Part shown: piece after piece, positions 34,909 to 46,254 of the stretch
Layout of the letters: the number at the start of each line of letters is the position of its first letter
How positions within the stretch are numbered: position 1 is the stretch's first letter
Assembly (NCBI GenBank): GCA_036382905.1
Contig: DASVPL010000251.1
Span: 1-62,265, forward strand
Reading direction: 5' to 3'
DNA length: 62,265 bases
Origin: Thermoleophilaceae bacterium
GTDB lineage: Bacteria > Actinomycetota > Thermoleophilia > Solirubrobacterales > Thermoleophilaceae
The notes under the pieces: generated by a model
The model's input: only the letters and a program-made list of their open reading frames with translations
Database searches by the model: none
Told to the model about the DNA's origin: nothing
Position numbers and translations under genes: made by a program

Positions 34909-36626
34909 TCGCGAGATCGAGCGCTCCGCGCGCGCTGGCCGCGCTGGCGGCCGTGATCGCATTCGCAGCCGCGCCCGCCGGTGCGCAGACACCCGCCCCG
35001 CACCCGCTCACGGGCAAGGGGCAGAACTTCGAGATCGTGGCCAACGTGCCCATGGACGGCGGCAGTGGCGAGGTCGCGGCCTCTGACCTCGAGCTGCACG
35101 GCGACTACGCGTTCGTCGGCTCCTACGGCGAGGGCATGGTCGTGGTGGACATCTCGAACCCGTTCGCGCCGAAGCGCGTCGGCAAGTTCGACTGCCCGGG
35201 CGGCCAGAACGACATCCAGCTCTCGCCCGACGGCAAGACCGTGGCGATGGCGATCGACACGACCGCCAACGAGTGCCACCCGAACGACGAGGGCACCTCG
35301 ATCATCGACGTCTCCGACCCGGCGCAGCCGAAGGAGATCGCCTGGATCGACAAGAAGGAGCTGCCGCGCGGGTCGCACAACAACACGCTCGACTGGCCCT
35401 ACCTCTACGTGGACCAGTACTCGACGGCGTACTCGCAGCTCGAGATCTTCGACCTCTCGACGCCGTCGGTGCCGCGCAAGGTCGGCGAGCTGAGCTACGG
35501 CGGCGAGGACTCGGTGCACGACCTCTCGGTCGACCACCGCCCGGACGGCAGGTCGTTCGCGTACGCGGCCTCGATCGGCTTCACCGATGTGATCGACGTG
35601 ACCGACCCGCGCAGCCCGATCCTGCGCGAGCGCGTGCAGGACCCGCAGGTGACGATCTCGCACCAGGCCGAGGCGAACTTCGACCGCACGCTGCTGCTCG
35701 TCACCGACGAGTTCAACGGCGGCGCCTCCTACAGCGGGGCCTGCGGCGGATCGCCGATCACGCGCGTGCCGTTCCCGACCGGCGCCCCGGCCGTGGGCGA
35801 CCCGCAGAACATCGGCGCGCTGCACATCTACCGGCTCGACCCGAGCGGCAACATCGCCGGCTCCGGGGGGCTCGACAAGGCCGGCACCTTCAACATCCCC
35901 TACCAGGCGAACGACGAGCCCTCGGCCGGCTGCACGATCCACGTGTTCTGGCAGGCGCCGGACGAGAACCGCATGGTCACGGCCTGGTACGGGCGCGGCA
36001 CGCGGGCGATCGACTACTCGAACCCGGCCGCTCCGAAGGAGCTCGGCTACTTCATCCCCACCGGCTCCGACACCTGGGCCGCCAAACCGCACCGCGGCTT
36101 CATCTACACAGGCGACATCCTCCGCGGCATGGACGTGTTGCGCTACAAGGGCGAGGGCGGCGCCCGCTGGCCAGCCACGTCGGGCCCGGCCGAGCTCCAG
36201 CGCGCGCGCCAGCAGGGCGCCTCTCCGCCGGTGCCGACCGGCGCGCCGGCCCCCGCGCAGCCCGCGCCCCAGCAGGGCGAGCAGCCCCAGCCAACGCAGG
36301 GGCCGCGGCTGCGCGTCGGCCGCCGCGTCTTCACCAAGCACGTGCGCGTGCCGGACGTGCCCCGCAAGCGCAAGGCCGAGCTGGTGCTCTCGTTCTACAA
36401 GAACAAGGGGCTCGTCACGCGGTTGCGGCTGCGCACGCGCGACCGGCGGATCGCGAAGCTGCGGACCCAGGCCGCCGGCCTCGCGGGCCACTACCGCTAC
36501 ACGATCAGGCTGGGCGACCGGGGCAGGTTCCTGGCCCGCGGGATCGTGCGCGTGCGCCGCTCGGACACCACGCGAGTCGAACTGCCAGCGGGGCAGGCGC
36601 TGATCTGCCGCGTGTCGGCGAAGTAG
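34872..36626 (+). CDS. secreted LVIVD-repeat beta-propeller protein with basic C-terminal domain
   Basis: GTG 34872 is followed by signal-like ALAALAAVIAFAAAPAGAQ. Repeats follow: MVVVDISNPFAPKRVG, SIIDVSDPAQPKEIA, LEIFDLSTPSVPRKVG, VIDVTDPRSPIL. A PQ-rich linker then leads to an Arg/Lys-rich 90-aa tail. Confidence 0.7.
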   Translation: MGKASYTLAVALIARSSAPRALAALAAVIAFAAAPAGAQTPAPHPLTGKGQNFEIVANVPMDGGSGEVAASDLELHGDYAFVGSYGEGMVVVDISNPFAPKRVGKFDCPGGQNDIQLSPDGKTVAMAIDTTANECHPNDEGTSIIDVSDPAQPKEIAWIDKKELPRGSHNNTLDWPYLYVDQYSTAYSQLEIFDLSTPSVPRKVGELSYGGEDSVHDLSVDHRPDGRSFAYAASIGFTDVIDVTDPRSPILRERVQDPQVTISHQAEANFDRTLLLVTDEFNGGASYSGACGGSPITRVPFPTGAPAVGDPQNIGALHIYRLDPSGNIAGSGGLDKAGTFNIPYQANDEPSAGCTIHVFWQAPDENRMVTAWYGRGTRAIDYSNPAAPKELGYFIPTGSDTWAAKPHRGFIYTGDILRGMDVLRYKGEGGARWPATSGPAELQRARQQGASPPVPTGAPAPAQPAPQQGEQPQPTQGPRLRVGRRVFTKHVRVPDVPRKRKAELVLSFYKNKGLVTRLRLRTRDRRIAKLRTQAAGLAGHYRYTIRLGDRGRFLARGIVRVRRSDTTRVELPAGQALICRVSAK

Positions 36627-36635
36627 CCTTTCCCC

Positions 36636-38284
<1,649 letters not shown>

Positions 38285-38285
<1 letters not shown>

Positions 38286-38809
38286 TGCGGCGGCCCGTGG
38301 AGATCGACCTCCCTGAGGGCGCCGTCCCGGACCCCGCGACCGTCACCCCCGCGGGCGAGCGGCTGGAGCGCCTGATCGACGGCGTAATCACGCGCCGGGT
38401 GGTGGTCCAGAGCGACGAGCGCGGCACCGTCAGGGAGATCTTCAACCCGGCGTGGGGCTTCACGGACGAGCCGATCGTCTACGTCTACCAGGTGACGATC
38501 TACCCGGGGCAGAAGAAGGGCTGGGTGGTCCACCGCGAGCAGGACGACCGGCTCTTCTTCGATCAGGGCGCCGCGAAGCTCGTCCTCTACGACGCGCGAG
38601 CGGACTCACCGACGAAGGGCATGATCAACGAGCTGTTCGCCGGCACGAACAACCGGCTGCTCATCCGGATCCCGGCGGGGGTCGTGCACGCCGTCGTCGA
38701 CGTCGGCACGGACGAGGTGAGATTCGTGAACCTCCCGACGCGCCCGTACAACCACGAGCGGCCCGACAAGATGCGGCTGCCCGACGACGCCGTGCCGTAC
38801 CAGCTCTGA
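38285..38809 (+). CDS. RmlC-like cupin (dTDP-4-dehydrorhamnose 3,5-epimerase family-like)
   Basis: GTG 38285 overlaps the last base of the upstream TAG. DERGTVREIFN...VYQVTIYPGQKKGWVVHREQDDRLFF..GAAKLVLYDAR.DSPT.G...LIRIPAGVVHAV fits the RmlC cupin pattern. Confidence 0.6.
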
Positions 38810-38841
38810 GGCTCGACCACGTCGCAGGCCTGGTGCTCGGG

Positions 38842-39693
38842 ATGCTCGCGGACGAGTACGTCCGCCCGCGGCCCCGCGCTTCGGACGGGCCGCTCGTCAC
38901 CGTGGTCATCCCGACCTACAACCGCAGCGAGGTGCTGCGGCACGCGCTGCGGAGCGTGCTCGACCAGAGCTACCGCCGGCTCGAGGTGATCGTCGCCGGT
39001 GACGCCTGCACCGACGACTCCGAGGAGGTCGTCGCCTCGTTCGCCGACCCGCGGGTGACATGGGTCAACCTCGAGGTGAACACCGGGAGCCAGGGCGGCC
39101 CGAACAGGGCGGCGCTCGAGATCGCGAACGGCGAGCTGGTGGCGTACCTGGGGCACGACGACCTCTGGCGCCGCGATCACGTCGCGCTCCTGGTGGCGGA
39201 CATCCAGAGGAGCGGCGCCGATGTCACCTACGGCGCGTGCGACTCCGTGTTCTCGCAGGGTCGCATCGCCGGCCGGCGCTTCACCTGCCCGCCCCTCGGC
39301 GAGCCGGCGCTGCCGTCGAGCGTGATGCACCGCCGGTCGATGTGCGAGCGCGGCGCCGAGTGGCGCGACTGGCGCGAGACGGTCAACGCACCCGACTACG
39401 CGTTCTTCGAGAGCCTCGTCGCCGCGGGCGCGAAGCTGTCGCGCGTGCCGGCCCTGACGGCGGTGAAGTTCCCGGCCTCCGCGCGCCGCAACGTCTACCG
39501 CGAGCACCGCAGCCGCGAGCAGGAGCGCTTCGCGAGGAGGATGAACGGTCGCGCGTTCGTCGCCTGGGAGATCCTCACGGGCCTCCTCCTGCTCCCGCTG
39601 CGCCGCCGCACGCGCCTCCCGATCGACCAGCGGGCGTACACCGAGCCCGGCGAGCTCGTCACCGCGCTGCGACGCGTCCGCGGGCTCGAGTGA
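38842..39693 (+). CDS. GT2 family glycosyltransferase
   Basis: VTVVIPTYNRSEVLRHALRSVLDQSY, VIVAGDACTDDS, AYLGHDDLW (DxD-like). The start could be GTG 38833. Confidence 0.8.
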   Translation: MLADEYVRPRPRASDGPLVTVVIPTYNRSEVLRHALRSVLDQSYRRLEVIVAGDACTDDSEEVVASFADPRVTWVNLEVNTGSQGGPNRAALEIANGELVAYLGHDDLWRRDHVALLVADIQRSGADVTYGACDSVFSQGRIAGRRFTCPPLGEPALPSSVMHRRSMCERGAEWRDWRETVNAPDYAFFESLVAAGAKLSRVPALTAVKFPASARRNVYREHRSREQERFARRMNGRAFVAWEILTGLLLLPLRRRTRLPIDQRAYTEPGELVTALRRVRGLE

Positions 39694-39703
39694 CCCCCGG
39701 GCG

Positions 39704-40498
39704 CTAGGGGATCGCGAGGGTGCCCACCCGGCGCGAATGGCGCGTGCCGAGGTGGAGCGTCCAGAACCCGAGCGGGAGCACGATCGCGGCGCCCGCGGCG
39801 AGGCGCGCGAGGGCCGCAGCGTCGATCTCGCCGCGCAGCAGCGCGTGGCGGACGATGTCGACGGAGTCGTCGAACGGCAGCACGGTCGCGAGCGCGTGCA
39901 GGGGCTGCGGCAGCTCGTCGATCGGGAAGTAGGCGCCGGCCAGCAGCGGTACGGCGATCGTCGCCAGCGCGCTCAGCGACAGGCCGAGCCGGAGGACCAG
40001 GTAGAGGCCGGTGAGGCCGGCGGCGAGGCCGAGCGAGACGACGGCCGCGCCGGCGAGGCCGATCAGGACGCCGGCCACGGCGACCGCGCCGAGATGCAGG
40101 TCAGGCTCGACCAGGCCCGCGGCCAGCAGGACGAGGAACAGGCCGAGCACGCAGCCACGCAGCAGCTCGAACGCCGCCTCGCCGGCCATGACCACCGCGG
40201 AGGAGAGGCGCGAGCTGAGCAGCTGGGCGAGGGAGCCGAGCGCCACCTCGCCCTCGAAGCGGTGGACGATCCGCGGCAGCGCGGCGTTGACCCGCAGGAC
40301 GGCGAGCCCGGCGACCACGAACGGGAACAGGTCGCCCCGCCCGGGCCCTCGACCGGCGAATCTCGCCAGGTAGTAGAAGACGGCGACCCCCGCCGCGACG
40401 GCGAGCAGGTCGATGACGTACGGCAGCCTGTGCGTGGCCTCCACGCGCGCGTCGCGGCGCGCGAACGCGGCGATCGACGTCAACGGGTGGGGGCTCAT
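39704..40498 (-). CDS. ABC-2 type transporter permease
   Basis: 264 aa with six hydrophobic segments, overlapping the upstream ATPase gene by 4 nt. Confidence 0.7.
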   Translation of the reverse strand: MSPHPLTSIAAFARRDARVEATHRLPYVIDLLAVAAGVAVFYYLARFAGRGPGRGDLFPFVVAGLAVLRVNAALPRIVHRFEGEVALGSLAQLLSSRLSSAVVMAGEAAFELLRGCVLGLFLVLLAAGLVEPDLHLGAVAVAGVLIGLAGAAVVSLGLAAGLTGLYLVLRLGLSLSALATIAVPLLAGAYFPIDELPQPLHALATVLPFDDSVDIVRHALLRGEIDAAALARLAAGAAIVLPLGFWTLHLGTRHSRRVGTLAIP

Positions 40499-41190
40499 GC
40501 GGCCATCAGCGCGGTCACGTCCTCGAGGCCCGGATCGTGCCGGAGCTCGCGCGCCACCCGCCCGGCCCGCAGCGCGACCACCCGGTCGCCGAGCTGGACG
40601 GCCTCCTCGGCGTCGTGGGTCGCGAGCAGCACGGCGGGCGGGCGATCGTCGGTTCTCAGCGAGTCCCGGAACTCGCGCACCGAGCGCGCGTCCAGCGCGG
40701 CCGTGGGCTCGTCGAGCAGCAGGACCGGCGGGCGCGCGAGCCGGGCCCGCGCGAGCGCGAGCCGGGCCCGCATCCCCGTCGAGTAGCCGCCCACCCGCCG
40801 GTCGGCGGCCTCGGCGAGCCCGACCGCGCCCAGCGCGGCGTCCACCGCGCCGGAGGCCGCATCGCCGAGCGCCTCCAGGCTCGCGAAGAACTCGAGGTTC
40901 GCGCGGCCGCTCAGCCGGGGGTACCAGCCCCCCGGCCCGCCGAGGACGGCGCCGGTCCGGGCTCGTGCGGCGCGCCGCTCGCGGACGACGTCGTGACCGC
41001 AGACGAGCACGTCGCCCGCGTCCGGCTCGAGCGTCCCGGAGAGGAGTTGCAGCAGCGTGGTCTTGCCGGAGCCGTTCGGCCCGACGAGGACGACGGTCTC
41101 GCCCGGCTCGACCGCGAGGTCGATCGCGTCGAGCGCGAGCACGGCGCCGAACCGCTTCGTGGCGCCTCTCAACTCGACGACCGCCGCCAT
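40495..41190 (-). CDS. ABC transporter ATP-binding protein (ABC-2 exporter type)
   Basis: The start is set at ATG 41190 (MAAVVELRGATKRFG). Walker A GPNGSGKTTL, signature YSTGMRARL, Walker B LLLDEPTAALD. Confidence 0.85.
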   Translation of the reverse strand: MAAVVELRGATKRFGAVLALDAIDLAVEPGETVVLVGPNGSGKTTLLQLLSGTLEPDAGDVLVCGHDVVRERRAARARTGAVLGGPGGWYPRLSGRANLEFFASLEALGDAASGAVDAALGAVGLAEAADRRVGGYSTGMRARLALARARLARPPVLLLDEPTAALDARSVREFRDSLRTDDRPPAVLLATHDAEEAVQLGDRVVALRAGRVARELRHDPGLEDVTALMAA

Positions 41191-41248
41191 CCGCGGGACC
41201 GTAGCCGGTCGCCTGAACCTTCTCGCGCTACCGTCCGTACAACTCGCC

Positions 41249-41593
41249 ATGCGCAGACTCGCCCTCCCCCTGATGGCCCTCGTGGCTCTCGCCTTCCCGG
41301 CAACCGTCGCGGCGGCCAAGACGTACACGGTCAAGGTCGGCGACGACTACTTCAGCCCCACCAAGCGCACGGTCAAGGTGAACGACATCGTGAAGTGGGT
41401 CTGGGTGGCCGAGGACGGAGCCCCCGGCTCGACCGTCAACGAGCACAGCATCGTCGAGACCAAGGACCGCTTCCACTCGAAGACCCAGACGGCCGGCAGC
41501 TACAAGTTCCGCTTCAAGAAGGCGGGCAAGTTCACGATCGTCTGCGGCGAGCACCCGGAGACCATGATCTTCCGGGTCACCGTCAAGAAGTAG
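41249..41593 (+). CDS. secreted cupredoxin (type 1 blue copper-like) protein
   Basis: Signal [23 protein letters not shown]. Candidate Cu ligands are H in NEHS and C-x2-H-x3-M in [10 protein letters not shown]. Confidence 0.65.
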   Translation: MRRLALPLMALVALAFPATVAAAKTYTVKVGDDYFSPTKRTVKVNDIVKWVWVAEDGAPGSTVNEHSIVETKDRFHSKTQTAGSYKFRFKKAGKFTIVCGEHPETMIFRVTVKK

Positions 41594-41606
41594 ACTCGCC
41601 CGCCGG

Positions 41607-42020
41607 ATGGAAGCCGGCTCCCAGCGAAAGATCCGCGTCGTCGTGGCCAAGCCCGGCCTCGACGGGCACGATCGCGGCGCGAAGGTGATCGCGCGCGCCC
41701 TGCGCGACGCGGGCATGGAGGTCATCTACACGGGCCTCCACCAGACCCCGGAGCAGATCGCCGAGACCGTGCTCCAGGAGGACGCCGACGCGGTCGGACT
41801 CTCGATCCTCTCGGGCGCGCACATGACGCTCGTGCCGAAGGTGGTCCGCCTGCTGAACGAGCAGGGCGCCGACGACGTGGTGGTCACGGTCGGCGGCACG
41901 ATCCCCGCCGAGGACATTCCGGAGCTGAAGAAGCTCGGCGTGGCCGAGATCTTCACGCCGGGCTCCTCGACGCAGGAGATCATCGACTTCATCCAGGGCG
42001 CCGTCGGCACCCGCACCTAG
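41607..42020 (+). CDS. methylmalonyl-CoA mutase small (cobalamin-binding) subunit
   Basis: DxHxxG motif [23 protein letters not shown]; 137 aa. Confidence 0.9.
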   Translation: MEAGSQRKIRVVVAKPGLDGHDRGAKVIARALRDAGMEVIYTGLHQTPEQIAETVLQEDADAVGLSILSGAHMTLVPKVVRLLNEQGADDVVVTVGGTIPAEDIPELKKLGVAEIFTPGSSTQEIIDFIQGAVGTRT

Positions 42021-42164
42021 TAGGCGACGGCTGCAAACCTTCGCCTGCGGGCGCCCTCGGTCGCTCGCGTGCTGGCGCACGCGTCGCCCCCTGCGTCCTT
42101 CGCATGCTCGGTTTTCGCCGCCGCTCCCTTTCGAGCCCCGTCTCGTACACTTTCACCACAGGCG

Positions 42165-42203
42165 ATTGACTCGTCAGTCAATAAGGGCGGCAGCGGTTAG
42201 AAT
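42165..42203 (+). promoter_or_regulatory. palindromic operator-like site ATTGACT-N4-AGTCAAT plus TAGAAT -10-like box upstream of etfBA
   Basis: ATTGACTCGTCAGTCAAT at 42165-42182, TAGAAT at 42198-42203, and the TTG start of etfB at 42237 preceded by AAGGAG. Confidence 0.4.
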
Positions 42204-42236
42204 GCCGCGCCGCACCGACCGTAAGGAGCTTTCCCC

Positions 42237-43031
42237 TTGAAGATTTGCGTCCTCGTGAAAGAGGTCCCGGACGCGGCCGTGGAGAAGCGCATGGACCCTG
42301 GTACCAAGCGCCTCGACCGCTCCGGTGAGAAGAACCTGAACCCCTTCGACACGCACGCCATCGAGGCGGCGATGCAGGTCAAGGAGGGCGGCGTCGCGGA
42401 CGTCGAGGAGGTCATCGCCGTGACGATGGGGCCGGAGAGCGCCGTCCGCGCGCTCCACAAGGCCGTGTCGCTCGGCGCCGACCGCTCGGTCCACCTGACC
42501 GACCCGGCCCTCGAGGACTCCGACGTCGCCGCCACCGGCTACGCGCTGTCCCAGGTGCTCAAGCGCGAGCAGCCCGACCTGGTCCTGCTCGGCCAGCAGT
42601 CGGACGACGGCGAGTGCTACACGATCGGCGCGGTCGTGGCCGACCACCTCCAGATGCCGTCGCTGACCCAGGTCATCAAGATGGATGTCCAGGACGGCAA
42701 GCTGCGCTGCGAGCGCCAGGCCGAGTACGGCTACGACACGGTCGAGGTCGACCTGCCTGCCGTCATCTCCGTGGGCGACGCGATCAACGAGCCGCGCTAC
42801 CCGTCGCTCAAGGCGATCATGGGCGCGAAGAAGAAGCCGCTCGAGAGCGTCGGCACGGGCGATGTCGAGATCGAGACGAGCCGCGTCGGCAGCGAGGGCA
42901 AGCGCACCGCCGTACTCGGCATCAACCCCCCGCCCCAGAAGGAAGCGGGGCAGATCATCGAGGACGAGGACACCGACGACACGGTCGAGAAGATCGTCGC
43001 GTGGCTCGACGAAAGGAAGCTGCTGGCATGA
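42237..43031 (+). CDS. etfB: electron transfer flavoprotein beta subunit
   Basis: MKICVLVKEVPD, NPFDTHAIEAAMQ, LLGQQSDDGECYTIG. TTG start. Confidence 0.9.
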   Translation: MKICVLVKEVPDAAVEKRMDPGTKRLDRSGEKNLNPFDTHAIEAAMQVKEGGVADVEEVIAVTMGPESAVRALHKAVSLGADRSVHLTDPALEDSDVAATGYALSQVLKREQPDLVLLGQQSDDGECYTIGAVVADHLQMPSLTQVIKMDVQDGKLRCERQAEYGYDTVEVDLPAVISVGDAINEPRYPSLKAIMGAKKKPLESVGTGDVEIETSRVGSEGKRTAVLGINPPPQKEAGQIIEDEDTDDTVEKIVAWLDERKLLA

Positions 43032-44005
43032 GCGGGATCCTCACCTACGCACTCCACTACCAGGGCGAGTTCAACAAGAACTCGCTCGGCGCCGTCACCG
43101 AGGGCGCGCGGCTGGCGAAGGAGATCGGCGGCGATGCCGCGGTCGTCGTCGTCGGCGGCGACGACCTGAGCGACGACCTCTGCGCGTCGCTCGGCAAGTA
43201 CGGCGCGACGAAGGTCTTCCGCGCGAATGGCCCCGAGGGGCTCGGCGCACCGGTGGTCGACGTGATGGCCAAGGTCATCCAGGACAACGACTACGACTAC
43301 GCGCTGTTCGGCGGCGGCCTGCTCGGCTTCGAGATCGGCGCCGGCCTCGCTGCTCGCCTCAACGGCGGCGTGACGATGGAGGTCACGGCGGTCAAGGCGC
43401 AGGACGGCAAGCTCGTCGCCGAGCGCCCCATCCTCCAGGACTCGGCCATCGTCGACGTCGAGTACGTCGGCAAGCCCGGCATCATCATCGGCCGCCTGAA
43501 CGCGTTCGAGATGGCCGAGGCCGGCGAGGGCTCGGCGAGCGTCGAGGACGTCGACGTCCAGTACTCGGAGTGGTCGAACAAGGCCCGGATGATCGAGCGC
43601 GGCGAGCAGCGCGGCGCCGTCGTGAACATCGAGGACGCCATCATCCTCGTGGCCGGTGGCCGCGGGCTCGGCACGGCCGAGGGCTTCGAGCTGTGCGAGC
43701 AGCTCGCCGAGGCGCTCGGCGGAGCGGTTGCGGCCACCCGCGCGGTGGTCGACGCGGGCTGGTACCCGTACGCGGCTCAGATCGGCCAGACCGGCAAGAC
43801 GGTCGCGCCGAAGCTCTACCTCGCGGCCGGCATCTCGGGCGCGATCCAGCACAAGGTGGGCATGCAGGCGTCCGAGAACATCGTCGCGATCAACAAGGAC
43901 CAGAACGCGCCGATCTTCGAGTTCTCCGATCTCGGGATCGTCGGCGACCTGAACAAGATCCTCCCCAAGCTCACCGAGGCCGTGAAGGCCAAGAGGGGCG
44001 GCTAG
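43028..44005 (+). CDS. etfA: electron transfer flavoprotein alpha subunit
   Basis: ATG 43028 overlaps the etfB stop. The FAD-binding tail is VAGGRGLG...QIGQTGKTVAPKLYLAAGISGAIQHKVGM. Confidence 0.9.
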   Translation: MSGILTYALHYQGEFNKNSLGAVTEGARLAKEIGGDAAVVVVGGDDLSDDLCASLGKYGATKVFRANGPEGLGAPVVDVMAKVIQDNDYDYALFGGGLLGFEIGAGLAARLNGGVTMEVTAVKAQDGKLVAERPILQDSAIVDVEYVGKPGIIIGRLNAFEMAEAGEGSASVEDVDVQYSEWSNKARMIERGEQRGAVVNIEDAIILVAGGRGLGTAEGFELCEQLAEALGGAVAATRAVVDAGWYPYAAQIGQTGKTVAPKLYLAAGISGAIQHKVGMQASENIVAINKDQNAPIFEFSDLGIVGDLNKILPKLTEAVKAKRGG

Positions 44006-44131
44006 TAGCGCAGCCTGTCCGTCCCGCCGCTCGCCTGACGAGCGCGCCGAGCAGACACAGCCCGCCGCGGCGGCCGGGCTAACTTCACCGCCATAGCCCC
44101 GCGACTGAGACACCAACCCCGCCGCGCGTCG

Positions 44132-45175
44132 GTGGTCGGCGCCGGCTCGTTCGGCACGGCCGTCGCGCTGCTGCTCGAGCGCGCCGAGATCCGGACCACG
44201 CTGCTCTGCCGCACCGAAGAGCAGGCCGAGCGGATGAACGAGGCGCGCGAGAACGAGAAGTACCTCCCCGGCGTGCAGCTCCCCGACCGGCTGAAGGTCC
44301 GCACGTTCGGCGGGCGCGACGACCAGTTCCACCGCGCGGACCTCGTTTTCGTCGCGGTGCCGTCGGCCGGCATCGCGGACGCCATCGCCGAGCTCGAGCG
44401 CCAGGGCGTGAACGACCGCGCGGGGGTCGTCTCGCTCGCCAAGGGGCTCGTCCCGCCGGACGGCACTCCCCCCACCGAGGTGCTCGACCGCGCCTTCGGC
44501 ACCGAGCGCGTGGCCTGCGTGGGCGGACCCGCGCACGCGAAGGAGATGGTGGAGGGCGGCGCGGGACTGATCTGCGCCTCGCAGCCACCCGCGCTGGCCG
44601 ACACCGTCGCGTCCGTGCTGCGCGAGGCGGGGGTGGTGTGCGAGGTCTCGACGGACCCCGTGGGCGTGGAGCTGGCCGGCTGCGCCAAGAACGCCGCGGC
44701 GCTCGCGGCGGGCGCCACCGAGCCGCAGGGGCTGAACGCGGCCGGCATGGCGGCGGCCGACATCTTCGGCGAGGTGCTGGCGCTTGCGGAGGCGCGCGGC
44801 GGGCGTGCGCGGACGTTCCTCGGGCGGGCCGGGGTGGGCGACCTCGTGGCCCCCGCGATGGCGCCGAAGTCGCGCAACCGCAGCGCCGGGGAGCTGCTCG
44901 CCGAGGGCGTGCCCGCGCGCGATATCCCCGATCGGCTCGGCCAGGCGGTCGAGGCGCTCGAGACTGTCCCGCTGCTGGCGCGCGCGATCGAGCGGGCGGG
45001 GATCTCGGCGCCGATCACCTCCGCGCTCGCGCGCCTGATCGAGGGCCATCTCCCGCTCGACGACTGGGTCGCGCTGGTCCGCGTCGCGCAGCCGGATCCG
45101 GAGCGCCGCGACCGCGGCCTGCGGGCCTGGCTGCGCCGGATCCGCAGGCGCCTCAACGGCCTCATGCGCAGGTAG
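44132..45175 (+). CDS. gpsA: NAD(P)H-dependent glycerol-3-phosphate dehydrogenase
   Basis: [15 protein letters not shown] Rossmann motif, [30 protein letters not shown] start; the exact start is uncertain. Confidence 0.85.
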   Translation: MVGAGSFGTAVALLLERAEIRTTLLCRTEEQAERMNEARENEKYLPGVQLPDRLKVRTFGGRDDQFHRADLVFVAVPSAGIADAIAELERQGVNDRAGVVSLAKGLVPPDGTPPTEVLDRAFGTERVACVGGPAHAKEMVEGGAGLICASQPPALADTVASVLREAGVVCEVSTDPVGVELAGCAKNAAALAAGATEPQGLNAAGMAAADIFGEVLALAEARGGRARTFLGRAGVGDLVAPAMAPKSRNRSAGELLAEGVPARDIPDRLGQAVEALETVPLLARAIERAGISAPITSALARLIEGHLPLDDWVALVRVAQPDPERRDRGLRAWLRRIRRRLNGLMRR

Positions 45176-45198
45176 TCGCCCCGACTACACTCGAATAC

Positions 45199-45414
45199 AT
45201 GAAGGCGGACATACATCCCGAGTACGTAGAGGCCCACGTCCGCTGCACTTGCGGGAACGAGTTCACGACCCGCTCGACCAAGCCGGAGCTCCACGTCGAG
45301 ATCTGCTCGAACTGCCATCCGTTCTACACCGGACGGCAGAAGCTCGTGGACACCGGTGGTCGGGTGGAGCGGTTCCGGCGCCGTCAGGCGCGCAGCGGCC
45401 GCAGCGCGTCCTGA
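45199..45414 (+). CDS. rpmE: 50S ribosomal protein L31 (Zn-ribbon type)
   Basis: [48 protein letters not shown]. Confidence 0.9.
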   Translation: MKADIHPEYVEAHVRCTCGNEFTTRSTKPELHVEICSNCHPFYTGRQKLVDTGGRVERFRRRQARSGRSAS

Positions 45415-45470
45415 CGCGCGCGTCAACTTAGACCGCAACTTCAGCGGACGGAAGCTGTTCAAAAAGCGCC

Positions 45471-46199
45471 ATGCGCATGCGCGGACTCGCACTCCTGCTC
45501 ACCTCGGCTCTCAGCCTCGTGGCCCTCTCCGGGACCGCGCAGGCCGCTGTGCCCGCGGCCAAGGTCGTGGACTGCCGGACCGGCAAGGCACCCGAGCTGA
45601 GGCTGGCCACGTTCGAGGGCCGCATGACGGCGATCAGGGGCACGCAACGCATGCAGATGCGCTTCGAGCTCCTCGAGCAGACCCCCGGCACCGCCGAGCC
45701 CCAGCCCGTCAAGGCGCCGACGCTCACACCGTGGCGGCGCAGCCGCGTGGGCGTGAAGGCGTTCACCTACGCGCAGACCGTCAAGGGGCTCGCGTCGGGC
45801 GTCACCTACAGCTCGCGCGTGTACTTCCGCTGGCTGAGCCCGGCCGGCAAGGTCCTCCGCAGCGAGCAGCGCGACTCCGGCACCTGCGTGCAGGACGGCG
45901 CCCTCCCGAACCTGGTCCTGGGGTCAGTCAAGTCCACGCCGGGCCAGGTCGAGGGGACGGCGGTCTACACGGTGCAGGTCGGCAACACCGGTCAGGGCGA
46001 CGCGGAGTCCCTGACGGTCAGCCTGATCGCCGACGGCGCGCACATCGACACGCGGACGATCGACGGCCTGAAGGCCGGCGAGTTCACCAGCGTGAGGTTC
46101 ACCGGGCCCTACTGCCGCCGCCTGCGCGCGATCGTCGATCGCGGGGCGACCGTGCCCGAGACCGTCGAAGAGGACAACGAGTTGCGCGCCCGCTGCTGA
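45471..46199 (+). CDS. secreted protein with C-terminal CARDB-like domain
   Basis: Signal MRMRGLALLLTSALSLVALSGTAQA. The C-terminal VYTVQVGNTGQGDAESLTVSLIADG...LKAGEFTSVRF....VDRGATVPETVEEDNE is CARDB-like. Confidence 0.6.
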   Translation: MRMRGLALLLTSALSLVALSGTAQAAVPAAKVVDCRTGKAPELRLATFEGRMTAIRGTQRMQMRFELLEQTPGTAEPQPVKAPTLTPWRRSRVGVKAFTYAQTVKGLASGVTYSSRVYFRWLSPAGKVLRSEQRDSGTCVQDGALPNLVLGSVKSTPGQVEGTAVYTVQVGNTGQGDAESLTVSLIADGAHIDTRTIDGLKAGEFTSVRFTGPYCRRLRAIVDRGATVPETVEEDNELRARC

Positions 46200-46254
46200 G
46201 CACGCGCCCGCCCGTCCTTACGAACCCCTTTCAAAGCGCCGATACGATCCTCGT

